From Oscillospiraceae bacterium (lineage in GTDB: Bacteria > Bacillota > Clostridia > Saccharofermentanales > Saccharofermentanaceae), in the NCBI GenBank assembly GCA_045598705.1, contig JAZLMM010000046.1:29073-93072 (forward strand): DNA of 64,000 bases, in the 5' to 3' direction. Below the pieces are notes generated by a model. The model was not told the DNA's origin. It did no database searches and saw only the letters and a program-made list of their open reading frames with translations. The stretch's first letter is position 1; every line of letters starts with the position of its first letter. Made by a program: the position numbers and the translations under genes. This document shows, piece by piece, positions 35,839-45,700 of the stretch.

Positions 35839-36768
35839 ATGCCTTATTCGAGTGTTTTTCTCACAGAAATCATCAAGTACTTCAATCTGGAACAGGTCTA
35901 TGCACCGGCAGATCTCGAGAAAGTCAGAATACACGTTGCAGACGTAACCCGTCCAGGCCTACAGCTGGCAGGATATTATGATCATTTCGGACCAGACCGT
36001 ATCCAGCTGATCGGTAACATGGAGCATGCCTATCTGGACAAGCTTACATCCGAACAGCGTGAACAACGTCTGGCGGCGCTCTTCGACAAGAATATTCCAT
36101 GCTTGATTCTGACAAGAAATCACGTGGCCCACGATGAATTGATTCGTGTAGCGGAGAAGACCGGCATCCCGGTACTTCGCACACACCAGGCTACGAGTGA
36201 ATTTATGAGCTCGCTGGTTAAATATCTGAATGTGGAACTTGCGCCTCGCATCTCCATGCACGGTGTACTCGTCGAGGTAAATGGTGAAGGTATTCTAATC
36301 CTTGGTGAGAGCGGTGTTGGTAAATCTGAGACGGCGCTGGAGATTGTTAAGCGTGGTCATCGACTGATTGCAGACGATCAAGTAGAGATCCGCCGTGTAT
36401 CGGAGACGACGCTTCTGGGTCGTGCACCGGAAGTCATCCGACATCTGATTGAGATTCGTGGCATTGGTATTCTGGATGTTAAAGAATTGTACGGTGTTTC
36501 TTCTGTTAAGCTTCAGGAGAACATCGACTTCGTAATCAATCTGGAACTTTGGGATGAGAAGAAGACATACGACCGTCTGGGCATTACTGATGAGACAACG
36601 GATATCCTGGGAATCAAGGTGCCGTCCATCACGATCCCGGTTGGACCTGGCCGAAATCTGGCCATTATCGTTGAAGCGGCTGCGATCAACTACCGTGTCA
36701 AGAAGATGGGTTATAATGCGGCCAAAGATCTGGTTACTCGAGTCTTTCCAGGCGGATTGAATCCTTAA
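35839..36768 (+). CDS. hprK: HPr kinase/phosphorylase
   Basis: GESGVGKSETALE Walker A, HRLIADD and IEIRGIGILDV. Confidence 0.92.
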   Translation: MPYSSVFLTEIIKYFNLEQVYAPADLEKVRIHVADVTRPGLQLAGYYDHFGPDRIQLIGNMEHAYLDKLTSEQREQRLAALFDKNIPCLILTRNHVAHDELIRVAEKTGIPVLRTHQATSEFMSSLVKYLNVELAPRISMHGVLVEVNGEGILILGESGVGKSETALEIVKRGHRLIADDQVEIRRVSETTLLGRAPEVIRHLIEIRGIGILDVKELYGVSSVKLQENIDFVINLELWDEKKTYDRLGITDETTDILGIKVPSITIPVGPGRNLAIIVEAAAINYRVKKMGYNAAKDLVTRVFPGGLNP

Positions 36769-36803
36769 ATCATCCGAGCGAGTATACGAAGGGGGAACAT
36801 TAC

Positions 36804-37772
36804 ATGAAGATAGACAGCAATACGATTGAGGCTTTCAAGCGGAAGCTGGTCGATGCTGGAATGGTAGAACTTGCAAAGGGCATTCGTTTGGATGAACCCA
36901 TGAAACTGCATACGTCTTTCCGAGTAGGAGGACCTGCGGATCTCTATGCTACACCTTCACGCACGGAAGAGATTCTAGCGCTGATTGATGCAGCCAACAT
37001 GTTACGTATCCCATACTTTCTCATGGGCAATGGTTCCAATCTGGTCATTTCGGATGAGGGTATGGAAGGACTTGTCATTCATTTGAGTGAACCTTTCTCG
37101 AGTATTGAGGCGAAACCAGATGCACAGCAACCTGGTACAGAAATCATTCGGGTGTCTGCAGGAACTTTACTGATTAGACTGGCTTCTTTTGCCACGAAGG
37201 CAGGATTGAGCGGACTGGAGTTCGCTTCCGGTATTCCTGGTTCGGTCGGTGGAGCGGTGTTCATGAATGCAGGCGCCTACGATCACGACATTTCTGAAGT
37301 GATCGAGGAAGTGACATATATCACACTGGACGGCGAAGTGAAGAGTAAGAAGAACGAAGAACTCCAGTTCGGTTATCGAAATAGTATGTTCATGACGGAG
37401 GGCGGCATCATATTGGAAGCGTTGGTTCGTCTGAAACGAGGCAATCGGGAAGAGATTGAAGAACAGGTGCGCACTTATTCGGAGAAACGTACGAAGTCTC
37501 AACCACTGAATTTCCCGAGTGCCGGCAGTATGTTCAAGCGTCCGAGCGGACACTATACCGGTGCACTGATCGAACAGTGTGGACTGAAGGGCACATCCAT
37601 TGGTGGCGCACAGGTTTCGGAGAAACATGCGGGATTCGTCATAAATAAGGGCGATGCGACGGCGAAAGACATTGATGAATTAGTAAAGAAGATTCAGAAA
37701 GAGGTCAAAGCGAAGTTCGATGTGGATCTGGAACACGAAGTGAGATTCATCGGAAGAGGATTCTCTTCCTAA
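36804..37772 (+). CDS. murB: UDP-N-acetylenolpyruvoylglucosamine reductase
   Basis: HTSFRVGGPADLY, GNGSNLV, SGIPGSVGGAVFMNAGAY and PSAGSMFKRP. Confidence 0.92.
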   Translation: MKIDSNTIEAFKRKLVDAGMVELAKGIRLDEPMKLHTSFRVGGPADLYATPSRTEEILALIDAANMLRIPYFLMGNGSNLVISDEGMEGLVIHLSEPFSSIEAKPDAQQPGTEIIRVSAGTLLIRLASFATKAGLSGLEFASGIPGSVGGAVFMNAGAYDHDISEVIEEVTYITLDGEVKSKKNEELQFGYRNSMFMTEGGIILEALVRLKRGNREEIEEQVRTYSEKRTKSQPLNFPSAGSMFKRPSGHYTGALIEQCGLKGTSIGGAQVSEKHAGFVINKGDATAKDIDELVKKIQKEVKAKFDVDLEHEVRFIGRGFSS

Positions 37773-37794
37773 TATTGAAGGAGAAGGTGGAAGC

Positions 37795-38694
37795 ATGGAT
37801 GTCATTATTCTGACAGGTATGTCTGGCGCCGGGAAGAGCCAGGCAGCACATTTTCTAGAAGATCAGGGATATTTCTGTATCGATAATCTTCCACCGATGG
37901 TTCTGCCGGAACTGGTGCGAACCTTCTTGAAAGGTCAGGGCGGTGAAGGCTTCGCTATCAATAAGCTCGCTTTCGTGGTGGATATTCGAAGCAAAGAATT
38001 TCTGAAAGACTTTGGCAAAGCACTCACTGAGTTGGAGAAACTGGAGTCGCCGTATCGGATCATTTTCCTTGAGGCCAACGACCATGTGCTGGTGAGCCGT
38101 TATCGCCAGACGAGAAGAAAACATCCGCTGTCTGACGGGATGTCACTTGTCGAAGCCATTGAGAAAGAGCGTGCGCTGATGCGAGGCATTCGTGCACGCG
38201 CAACACACATTATCGATACATCGATGATTGCGTTGAGCGCGCTGCGTGATGAATTGCAGTATATCATTGAGATTGAAGATGAAATGACGATGGACATTCA
38301 TGTGGAGTCCTTCGGATTCAAGTATGGTATTCCGGGTGACAGTGATGTGACTTGTGATGTGCGTTTCCTGCCGAACCCGTTTTATATTCCGGAATTGAAG
38401 ATGCTCTGCGGTAAGGACCAGGGAATCATTGATTTTCTGGAGTCCCACGAAGAGACGGAAGAATACTATAAGAAGATGATGGATCTGCTTTGCTTCTCGG
38501 TTCCACTTTATATCCGTGAGGGCAAAGCCCGTCTGTCGATTGGTGTAGGCTGTACCGGCGGACGTCACCGCTCCGTCTATTTCGCAGAACGACTCGCAGC
38601 CGGACTGAAGGCGGCCGGCTACCGAGTGTCTCTCCACCACCGTGATATTGAGAAAGATCCGCGCTATTCACGCATTGAGGATAAGAAAGCATGA
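37795..38694 (+). CDS. rapZ: RNase adapter / nucleotide-binding protein RapZ (YvcJ)
   Basis: MDVIILTGMSGAGKSQAAHFLEDQGYFCIDNLP and C-terminal GCTGGRHRSV. Confidence 0.92.
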   Translation: MDVIILTGMSGAGKSQAAHFLEDQGYFCIDNLPPMVLPELVRTFLKGQGGEGFAINKLAFVVDIRSKEFLKDFGKALTELEKLESPYRIIFLEANDHVLVSRYRQTRRKHPLSDGMSLVEAIEKERALMRGIRARATHIIDTSMIALSALRDELQYIIEIEDEMTMDIHVESFGFKYGIPGDSDVTCDVRFLPNPFYIPELKMLCGKDQGIIDFLESHEETEEYYKKMMDLLCFSVPLYIREGKARLSIGVGCTGGRHRSVYFAERLAAGLKAAGYRVSLHHRDIEKDPRYSRIEDKKA

Positions 38695-39590
38695 GTGCGG
38701 AGACGTATTCTCAGAGAATCAAGTCGGATATTCGTAAAACATCCTATAAGACCAAAGAAGAGTGGGCGGCCGAGATGGCGGCCCTCTGCCTATGTAGTGG
38801 TTTTGCCGAGGACATGATTGAGGATGTCATCCATGTTCACTGCACGAGTGAAGAGGTGGCACAGCGACTCCTTCAGGATGCGAAGAACAGCCAGCTTTCT
38901 ATGGCCGCGCAAGGTCCTAACCGAATCGGACGCCGCGGCGGAAGCGTGTACGAAGTGCTTCTCCCAGCGATTGAATTCGAAAATTTCATTACGCCGTACC
39001 TGATGCCGGACGTGATTGCGGATGAGATCTCGGCAGATGAATCCTTGCGCCGCGCGATGCTGCGTGGGGCGTTCATGGCGCGTGGGTCAATGAGCGATCC
39101 GAACTTGCGATTCCGAATGGAGATCCTCTGTAAGACGGATGCATTTGTTAAAATGCTCGTGCTGCTTATGCACGCTGAGAATATCCAGCCGTCGACGCGT
39201 GTGCTCGATACCACATGGTCAATCTACTTCAAGAAAATGGACGAAATCTGTGATTTCCTAGTCATCCTCGGGGCAGTAAGCCTGATGTTCGAACTTCAGA
39301 ATATTCGTGCCCAGCACGAGGTGAACCGGCTGGTGGCTCGCTCGGTCAACCTAGATAACTGGACCATGCAGCAGCAGTCAGAGGCAAGTGCGAAGCGTAC
39401 GCAGAAGCTGGAGGCACTCTTGGCGTCGGATCAAGCGGCCAGAATTCCGAAGGAATTGCTGGAGGTAGCACGTATCCATATCGACAATCCGGGACTTTCC
39501 TTGACGGAGCTTGGTAAACTGATGGATCCACCAATCAGCAAGTCCGGCATGAATCACCGCCTTCGTAAATTGATGGACCTGCTTGATTAA
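38691..39590 (+). CDS. whiA: DNA-binding protein WhiA
   Basis: MLRGAFMARGSMSDP, NRLVARSVNLDNW and C-terminal HTH LSLTELGKLMDPPISKSGMNHRLRKL. ATG overlaps the rapZ stop (ATGA). Confidence 0.9.
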   Translation: MSAETYSQRIKSDIRKTSYKTKEEWAAEMAALCLCSGFAEDMIEDVIHVHCTSEEVAQRLLQDAKNSQLSMAAQGPNRIGRRGGSVYEVLLPAIEFENFITPYLMPDVIADEISADESLRRAMLRGAFMARGSMSDPNLRFRMEILCKTDAFVKMLVLLMHAENIQPSTRVLDTTWSIYFKKMDEICDFLVILGAVSLMFELQNIRAQHEVNRLVARSVNLDNWTMQQQSEASAKRTQKLEALLASDQAARIPKELLEVARIHIDNPGLSLTELGKLMDPPISKSGMNHRLRKLMDLLD

Positions 39591-39617
39591 CCCTTCCTAT
39601 CTTTCTATGGCATCGTA

Positions 39618-39647
39618 TTGACATATTATTTAATACCAGTCTATAAT
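39618..39647 (+). promoter_or_regulatory. Sigma-A-type promoter of the PadR operon
   Basis: TTGACA (39618-39623), 18-nt spacer, TATAAT (39642-39647). Confidence 0.6.
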
Positions 39648-39669
39648 CAGTATTGTTGAATATACAGTA

Positions 39670-39697
39670 GTGAACATGATTCAATAATTCCATGTTC
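39670..39697. promoter_or_regulatory. Candidate PadR operator (8-bp inverted repeat)
   Basis: TGAACATG-N12-CATGTTCA, located between the -10 element and the padR start. PadR sites are typically ATGT/ACAT palindromes. Confidence 0.45.
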
Positions 39698-39735
39698 AGC
39701 ATATTCACGAATGAAGAAAAGGAGGAGACGTGCAA

Positions 39736-40053
39736 ATGAATGTGCAGTTCAAGAAAGGCGTGCTGGATCTGTGTGTACTAGCGATGCTCAAGGATAGCGA
39801 CCGATACGGATATGAATTGGCCAGTACATTGTCCGAGACGATTAAAATTTCAGACGGCACCGTATATCCGCTTCTGAGAAAACTCGCAAGTGACGGTCTG
39901 GTGGCCTCTTATCTACAGGAATCACAGAGTGGCCCGCCGAGGAAATACTACAGCTTGACGGCATCGGGCAAGATCCGTCTCCAGGAATTACTGGATGACT
40001 GGAATGCTTTTACCGCAAGCGTAAATAAAATCGTAGGAGGAAGAGATGCATGA
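39736..40053 (+). CDS. PadR-family transcriptional regulator
   Basis: KGVLDLCVLAMLKDSDRYGYEL...DGTVYPLLRKLASDGLV...RKYYSLT. ATG 39736 lies 8 nt after GGAGGAG. Confidence 0.9.
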   Translation: MNVQFKKGVLDLCVLAMLKDSDRYGYELASTLSETIKISDGTVYPLLRKLASDGLVASYLQESQSGPPRKYYSLTASGKIRLQELLDDWNAFTASVNKIVGGRDA

Positions 40054-40874
40054 ATAAGAATGAATATATTTCAGCACTGCGTTCGCAGCTGCGTAGACTT
40101 CCTTCCAATGATGTCGATGAGATTGTGAAGGAGTTCGAGGCGCATTTCGATATGGGTATTGCAGATGGCAAGACCGAGTTCGAGATTGCACAGAAACTGG
40201 GCTCACCGGAAGAAGTTGCTCAGTACTATCTGAGTGATGAGGTGCCGCAGTTCGAGATGAAGAATGATGGAGATACTACAGTCGCAAACTTCCCAATTAT
40301 TCCGGTCAAGACCGGTTGGGTGATCGATCGCGGCATAGGCCCGCAGACTGCAGCTGGCTTCGCCAACGGACAGTACGCAAGACCTGTGAATAACCAACCA
40401 CCGAAGCCGGAATCAAGTGATGTGCCGAATGCACACGTTGGTGCGAAAGCAAAGGAGACATATGAAGATGTTGGCCCGCAGGGACAGAAGAATATTCCGC
40501 TACCTCCATATCCGGAGTATCCTTCACAGAATCCTAATCGTGAAGTGAAGCAGCCGAAGGATTGTCACATCCTATTCGCATGGCTCTTTACCATCTTCGT
40601 ATTTATTCCTGTATGGATACTGGCCCTCGCATTGGTACTTCTGCTGATTGCAGCACCGATCGGACTTGGCGCACTCTGCGTATTGCTCTTTACATGGGTG
40701 CCGGGTATGTCGGTTGGCGTAGGCGGAACAGTCTGCCTGGCGATTGCTTCGGCATTTGCGGCGATTGGCGCGGCATTCGTAGCTTTCTTTGCCATCAAGG
40801 GCTTCGTACTAGGAACGATTGCTTATATTCGTTACATTGCGAGCGGATGTAAGTCGAAAGGAGGCAATGTATGA
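40050..40874 (+). CDS. DUF1700-like membrane protein (PadR-associated)
   Basis: MNKNEYISALRSQLRRLPSNDVDEIVKEFEAHF...GSPEEVAQ, followed by C-terminal TM helices. ATGA overlap with padR. Confidence 0.75.
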   Translation: MNKNEYISALRSQLRRLPSNDVDEIVKEFEAHFDMGIADGKTEFEIAQKLGSPEEVAQYYLSDEVPQFEMKNDGDTTVANFPIIPVKTGWVIDRGIGPQTAAGFANGQYARPVNNQPPKPESSDVPNAHVGAKAKETYEDVGPQGQKNIPLPPYPEYPSQNPNREVKQPKDCHILFAWLFTIFVFIPVWILALALVLLLIAAPIGLGALCVLLFTWVPGMSVGVGGTVCLAIASAFAAIGAAFVAFFAIKGFVLGTIAYIRYIASGCKSKGGNV

Positions 40875-41176
40875 GAAAAGGAACTGCTGTATGTATTGTG
40901 ATCATGGTGCTGAGCTTTGTTCTGTCCCTGATCTTCCTGTTCGCCAGTGCCACGATGTATATTGCGACCGGTACCAAAGAGGTGGCGGAACACATAATTT
41001 CTGGTGACGTCACGAAGTGGTTCGGTAAATTCGACGGTATAGATGTGGATAAGAATGGCGTAACCGTTGACCTGCCAGGTCTCGACATTGTTGCGGATGA
41101 TGAGGGCGTGGACTTCGACTTCCTGTTCATCCACGTCAACACAAGAGATACTGACGAAGAGAAGGCGGATAACTAA
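40871..41176 (+). CDS. Small membrane-anchored acidic protein, unknown function
   Basis: 101 aa with one N-terminal TM segment. ATGA overlap with the preceding gene. Confidence 0.6.
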   Translation: MRKGTAVCIVIMVLSFVLSLIFLFASATMYIATGTKEVAEHIISGDVTKWFGKFDGIDVDKNGVTVDLPGLDIVADDEGVDFDFLFIHVNTRDTDEEKADN

Positions 41177-41266
41177 ATAGATGTGAGGAATTCTTCCGGT
41201 CAAGGAGACTTCGGGCGCCAATTCATTGACACCGAAGGACCGGAGGGAAGAGACTGAAGGAGGACG

Positions 41267-41303
41267 GGAGTCGTCTCGATTGCGAGACGGCTCCTCTCTT
41301 TTT
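41267..41303 (+). terminator. Rho-independent terminator of the PadR operon
   Basis: 12-bp stem GGAGTCGTCTCG / CGAGACGGCTCC with a 4-nt loop, followed by TCTCTTTTT. Confidence 0.8.
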
Positions 41304-41313
41304 CGCAAAAATC

Positions 41314-41342
41314 TTGACATTGTGGATTTTTCGCCGCATAAT
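41314..41342 (+). promoter_or_regulatory. Sigma-A-type promoter of the T-box leader
   Basis: TTGACA (41314-41319), 17-nt spacer, CATAAT (41337-41342). Confidence 0.7.
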
Positions 41343-41365
41343 CTGCTTATCTGTTATAGATGAAA

Positions 41366-41677
41366 TGCGTTGACGGAGAAAAGTAGCGATTGGAAGTCGT
41401 ACAGGGCGTGTGGGCCTAGATTGAGAGCCTACATACGAACGGAGAATCAGACGAAGTTCCCTCCCGAGCAGATTCGCTGAACATTGTAGTTCCGTGAAGC
41501 GGAGTGATAAGTAGGTGAATACGGTGTTGCTCACCGTTACGAGGAGCAGAGGCTGATAGGCCTTGTAAGTGCGAGTGGTTTTCCAGAACATATGGAAACA
41601 TTCGAAAATGGGTGGTACCGCGAAATTGTTTATTCGTCCCATTGCTGTTTTGTAGGAGAACGGCGATGGGCTTTTTT
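41366..41677 (+). promoter_or_regulatory. T-box riboswitch leader (tRNA-sensing transcription attenuator)
   Basis: K-turn-like UGCGUUGA (41366-41373). Stem I base CGGAG (41374-78) pairs with UUCCG (41490-94). AGUA at 41382-85 and GAA at 41479-81. T-box sequence AAUGGGUGGUACCGCG at 41607-22. Terminator CCCAUUGC / GCGAUGGG at 41638-41670 followed by a U6 run. Confidence 0.85.
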
Positions 41678-41709
41678 GTTGCCGTTCATGCGAAAGGAAG
41701 GTATGTAAA

Positions 41710-43032
41710 ATGAGAAGAGAATCGAGAAGCTGGATCTGGAATCCAAAGGCCGAGTGCATGTCCGATGACGAACGTGCGAAGGTGCAAAGTGAGCGTCTCA
41801 TCAACTGCGTGAACCGTATGTACGAGCATGTGCCGTACTACAGAAAGAGAATGGAAGAGAAGGGTGTGGAACCCGGCGATATCAAGAGCATCGCTGATCT
41901 ACCGAAGCTTCCTTTCTCGGATAAATTCGATTTCCGTGATAACTATCCGTTCGGCACACTGGCTGTGCCAAGGACGGAACTGGTCCGTGTCCATGCGTCT
42001 TCCGGAACGACCGGTAAGATGAAGGTAGTCGGCTATACGGCCAATGACGTCGAACTGTGGAATGAGGTATTGTGCCGTGCGATGGCGAGAGCAGGCGTGC
42101 AGAAGGGTGACCTGGTGCATATTGCTTACGGATATGGACTCTTCACAGGTGGTCTGGGACCACATTTTGCCTGCGCCAAGCTTGGTGCCGTGGCAATTCC
42201 GGTGTCCGGTGGTAATACGGCACGCCAGATTCAGATTCTGCGTGAGTGGAAGCCGGAGACCATTATGTGTACACCGACTTATGCACTTCATATTGCCGAC
42301 CAGCTTCAGGAAGCCGGCATCGACAAGTCCGAATTGAACTTGAAGACTGGTATTTTCGGCGCGGAAGCATGGACGACCGAGATGCGTGACCAGATTGAGG
42401 AACGCCTGAATCTGCGAGCATTCGATATCTATGGTTTGACGGAGGTCTGTGGACCTGGTGTAGGTTGCTGCTGCGATCAGTCAGACCTGATTCATATCGA
42501 GTCTGACCACTTCATTCCGGAAATCGTTGACCCAGAGACTGGGGAGCCGCTGCCGGAAGGCCAGTTGGGTGAACTGGTGTTCTCTTCTGTTTCTAAGGAA
42601 GGTGTGCCGCTTCTGCGTTATAACACCCATGACCTGACACGTATTTTCTATGGTAAGTGTGAATGCGGACGTACTTCTCCTCGAATTGAGAAGGTGACCG
42701 GACGTGCCGATGACATGATGATCATCCGTGGCGTGAATGTATTCCCGTCGCAGATTGAAGCGGTCCTGCTGGCTCATAGTGAGGTTGAACCGCATTATTT
42801 AATCTATCTGGATCGTGTAAATAATCTGGATCGTGTGACCGTCAAGGTCGAGATGAATCCATCGTTCTTCTCCGACTCCATTCGTGCCATCGAGTCGACC
42901 GAGCGTATGTTGGAGGGCGAGATTGCTTCCATGACCGGTATCCATGCGAAGATCAAGTTGGTCGAGCCAAGATCCCTGCCGAGAAGTGAAGGCAAGATGA
43001 AGCGTGTCATTGACGAACGTTTCAAGAAATAA
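41710..43032 (+). CDS. Phenylacetate-CoA ligase (PaaK)-family adenylate-forming enzyme
   Basis: N-terminus WNPKAECMSDDERAKVQSERL...VPYYRKRMEEKGV...DLPKLPFSDKFDFRDNYPFG, then SSGTTGK and the C-terminus MKRVIDER. Confidence 0.85.
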   Translation: MRRESRSWIWNPKAECMSDDERAKVQSERLINCVNRMYEHVPYYRKRMEEKGVEPGDIKSIADLPKLPFSDKFDFRDNYPFGTLAVPRTELVRVHASSGTTGKMKVVGYTANDVELWNEVLCRAMARAGVQKGDLVHIAYGYGLFTGGLGPHFACAKLGAVAIPVSGGNTARQIQILREWKPETIMCTPTYALHIADQLQEAGIDKSELNLKTGIFGAEAWTTEMRDQIEERLNLRAFDIYGLTEVCGPGVGCCCDQSDLIHIESDHFIPEIVDPETGEPLPEGQLGELVFSSVSKEGVPLLRYNTHDLTRIFYGKCECGRTSPRIEKVTGRADDMMIIRGVNVFPSQIEAVLLAHSEVEPHYLIYLDRVNNLDRVTVKVEMNPSFFSDSIRAIESTERMLEGEIASMTGIHAKIKLVEPRSLPRSEGKMKRVIDERFKK

Positions 43033-43107
43033 GTGTATAATGGATTTATTGGGCACGGGATTGGGTGCTTAGGAAATTAGGTAAATGGGATTATAGGAGG
43101 AACGACC

Positions 43108-44538
43108 ATGGCTAAGACGTTAGAGGATATTCGGAAGATGATCGAAGAGAATGGAATCGATATGATCGATTTCAAGTTGACGGATATTGACGGAAGATGG
43201 AGACATCTTGCAATTCCGGCAGAACGACTGACGGAAAGCACAATGACACAGGGTATCGGTTTTGACGGCAGTAACTATGGTTATGCTCCAGTTGAGAATA
43301 GTGATATGGTGTTCATTCCGGTCCTGGATTCTGCTGTCATCGACCGCTATTGTGGCGTGCCGACGTTGTCCATGATCGGTGATGTTCGCGTCATTGCACT
43401 TCCAGAGAATAAGCCATTCGACCAGTATCCGAGAAATGTAGCGATTCGCGCGCTGGAATACATGAAGGAGACTGGGGTTGCGGATCAGATGATCATCGGA
43501 CCAGAGTATGAATTCTACATCTTTGACGATGTTCGTTATAAGACGAATTACTATGATATGTCGGCCAGCATCTATACGTCCCAGGCGCATTATGTTTCCG
43601 GTGATGAGACCAACAATAACGGTTATCAGGTATTGCCTGGTGCAGGTTATCACAACAGCCTGCCGACTGATATCAGAAACGATTTGAGAAGTTCGATGTG
43701 TCTCTCCATGAAAGATTGGGGCATCGGTGTAAAGTATCACCATCCGGAGGTCGGTGGCTCCGGCCAGATGGAGATCGAAGTTGAACTGGGTGATATGTTG
43801 AAACTTGCAGATGACACCATGGCTGCGAAATATGTCATTAAGAACGAGGCACTCCTCGAGGGCGCAACGGCTACCTTCATGCCGAAGCCTTTAGCTGAAG
43901 AAGCCGGTTCCGGTATGCATGTTCACATGCTTCTTCTGAAGGACGGTAAGCCGGTCTTCTACGATGAGAATGGCTATGCACAGTTGAGTGAGACCGCACA
44001 CTGGTTCATGGGTGGACTTCTGAAGCATGCAAGATCGATCTGCGCGATTACGAATCCGTCTACCAACTCGTATAAACGACTGATTCCAGGTTATGAAGCC
44101 CCGGTCACAATCGGATACGCGATGAGTAATCGTTCTGCCGTTATCCGTATTCCAGCTTATGCCAAAACGCCTGAATCCAAGCGATTCGAACTTCGTAATC
44201 CGGATGCGACATGTAACCCGTATTACGCGTATGCCGCCATCCTGATGGCCGGCCTCGACGGCATTAAGAATAAGATCGATCCACATGCCAATGGCTGGGG
44301 TCCATATGATTTCAATCTTTATACACTTTCTGATGAGGAGAAAGCGAAGCTTACCGGACTTCCGGCATCGCTAGATGAGGCGATTCGTGCACTGGAAGAG
44401 GATCACGATTACCTGACTGTCGGTGGTGTATTCCCGGAAAGACTTCTAAACCAGCTCATCGAGCGTAATAAGAAAGCGGCAAGTAAGATCAACAAACTTC
44501 CACATCCGATGGAATTTGCCATGTACTACGATCTATAA
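43108..44538 (+). CDS. glnA: Glutamine synthetase
   Basis: 476 aa. It has [50 protein letters not shown] and RFELRNPD. Confidence 0.9.
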   Translation: MAKTLEDIRKMIEENGIDMIDFKLTDIDGRWRHLAIPAERLTESTMTQGIGFDGSNYGYAPVENSDMVFIPVLDSAVIDRYCGVPTLSMIGDVRVIALPENKPFDQYPRNVAIRALEYMKETGVADQMIIGPEYEFYIFDDVRYKTNYYDMSASIYTSQAHYVSGDETNNNGYQVLPGAGYHNSLPTDIRNDLRSSMCLSMKDWGIGVKYHHPEVGGSGQMEIEVELGDMLKLADDTMAAKYVIKNEALLEGATATFMPKPLAEEAGSGMHVHMLLLKDGKPVFYDENGYAQLSETAHWFMGGLLKHARSICAITNPSTNSYKRLIPGYEAPVTIGYAMSNRSAVIRIPAYAKTPESKRFELRNPDATCNPYYAYAAILMAGLDGIKNKIDPHANGWGPYDFNLYTLSDEEKAKLTGLPASLDEAIRALEEDHDYLTVGGVFPERLLNQLIERNKKAASKINKLPHPMEFAMYYDL

Positions 44539-44588
44539 GCGTTGGGAGAAGTAAATTCTCATTCGTTTTCGTAAATCGGGGGACGACT

Positions 44589-45665
44589 ATGCCTTTTCGA
44601 ATCATTGAAGGAGACATTACCAGACTAACGGTTGACGCCATTGTGAATGCGGCGAATTCGTCACTTCTTGGTGGTGGTGGCGTCGATGGTGCGATTCATC
44701 GCGCCGCCGGACCGCGTCTTCTGGAAGAGTGTAGAACGTTGAACGGTTGCAAGACGGGTGAAGCGAAGGTGACGCGTGGATACGATCTTCCCTGTAAGTT
44801 CGTGATTCATACGGTGGGACCCATCTGGCGAGGCGGTGAATATCAAGAAGAAGAACTGCTCCGCTCCGCGTACAGAAATTCTTTGCTGGTGGCTGTGGAG
44901 AAGAATTGTGAATCGGTGGCTTTCCCATTGATTTCAGCCGGTGTATACGGTTATCCGAAAGAACAGGCGCTGGCCGTTGCGGTCGATACGATTCGAATAT
45001 TCCTTACGGAACATGAGTTGGATGTGACGCTGGTCATATTCAGTAAGGACAGTTTCCGTCTGGATTTCGGTCTTTATTCCGACATCTCTTCTTATGTTCA
45101 GACGCGCTTGATGGAAGAGCCTGATGTTAAATTGAATGAGGTTTCCTTTGAAAGTGTACGAATGAGCGAAACGCCCGCACCCAAGCGAGTGATTTTCTCA
45201 AGGAAAAACAAAGCGAATAATGCCGAAATATGTCAGGCAGTTGAGATGTCGATGGTAGCGGAAGATTTGTGCGATACTGCCGTGACTTCAAAGGATTCCG
45301 ACCTCGCGAGCCGACTTAATAATCTGGATGAGAGCTTCTCCCGAGCGCTTCTTCGCATGATCGATGAGAAAGGCATGAAGGATTCTGAGTGTTATAAGCA
45401 TGCTAATATCGACCGGAAACTATTCTCCAAGATTCGAAGTGATGTGAATTATCGCCCCAGCAAGCAGACTGCGCTGGCTCTGTCCGTGGCGCTGGAACTT
45501 GATCTTGCGGAAACAGAAGCATTCCTACGTAAGGCAGGATTTGCACTCTCGCACTCCAACAAGGCAGATGTCATCGTGGAGTATTTTATCGATCGAGGGA
45601 ACTACGATATCTACACCATCAATGAGGCACTCTTCGCTTTCGACCAGAAACTTCTGGGAACGTGA
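44589..45665 (+). CDS. Macro-domain (ADP-ribose binding/hydrolase) protein fused to a C-terminal HTH-like domain
   Basis: N-terminus [37 protein letters not shown]...[12 protein letters not shown]. The C-terminal ~115 aa ([38 protein letters not shown]) look XRE-like. Confidence 0.8.
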   Translation: MPFRIIEGDITRLTVDAIVNAANSSLLGGGGVDGAIHRAAGPRLLEECRTLNGCKTGEAKVTRGYDLPCKFVIHTVGPIWRGGEYQEEELLRSAYRNSLLVAVEKNCESVAFPLISAGVYGYPKEQALAVAVDTIRIFLTEHELDVTLVIFSKDSFRLDFGLYSDISSYVQTRLMEEPDVKLNEVSFESVRMSETPAPKRVIFSRKNKANNAEICQAVEMSMVAEDLCDTAVTSKDSDLASRLNNLDESFSRALLRMIDEKGMKDSECYKHANIDRKLFSKIRSDVNYRPSKQTALALSVALELDLAETEAFLRKAGFALSHSNKADVIVEYFIDRGNYDIYTINEALFAFDQKLLGT

Positions 45666-45700
45666 GATGCTCGCGTGACGCTTGCACCGAAGGTGAGAAA

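Noticed and set aside
41517-41523. GAA-UAC-G (Tyr codon) as the T-box specifier, attractive because a PaaK-like ligase could act on an aromatic acid.
   Set aside because: It lies only 3 nt after an AGUA and downstream of the Stem I base helix (41374-78 / 41490-94), in the Stem II region. It is therefore not in a specifier-loop position.
41223-41804. 193-aa minus-strand ORF spanning the PadR-operon terminator and the whole T-box leader.
   Set aside because: The region is explained by a promoter, a T-box riboswitch and a terminator on the plus strand. The ORF translates through those RNA structures.
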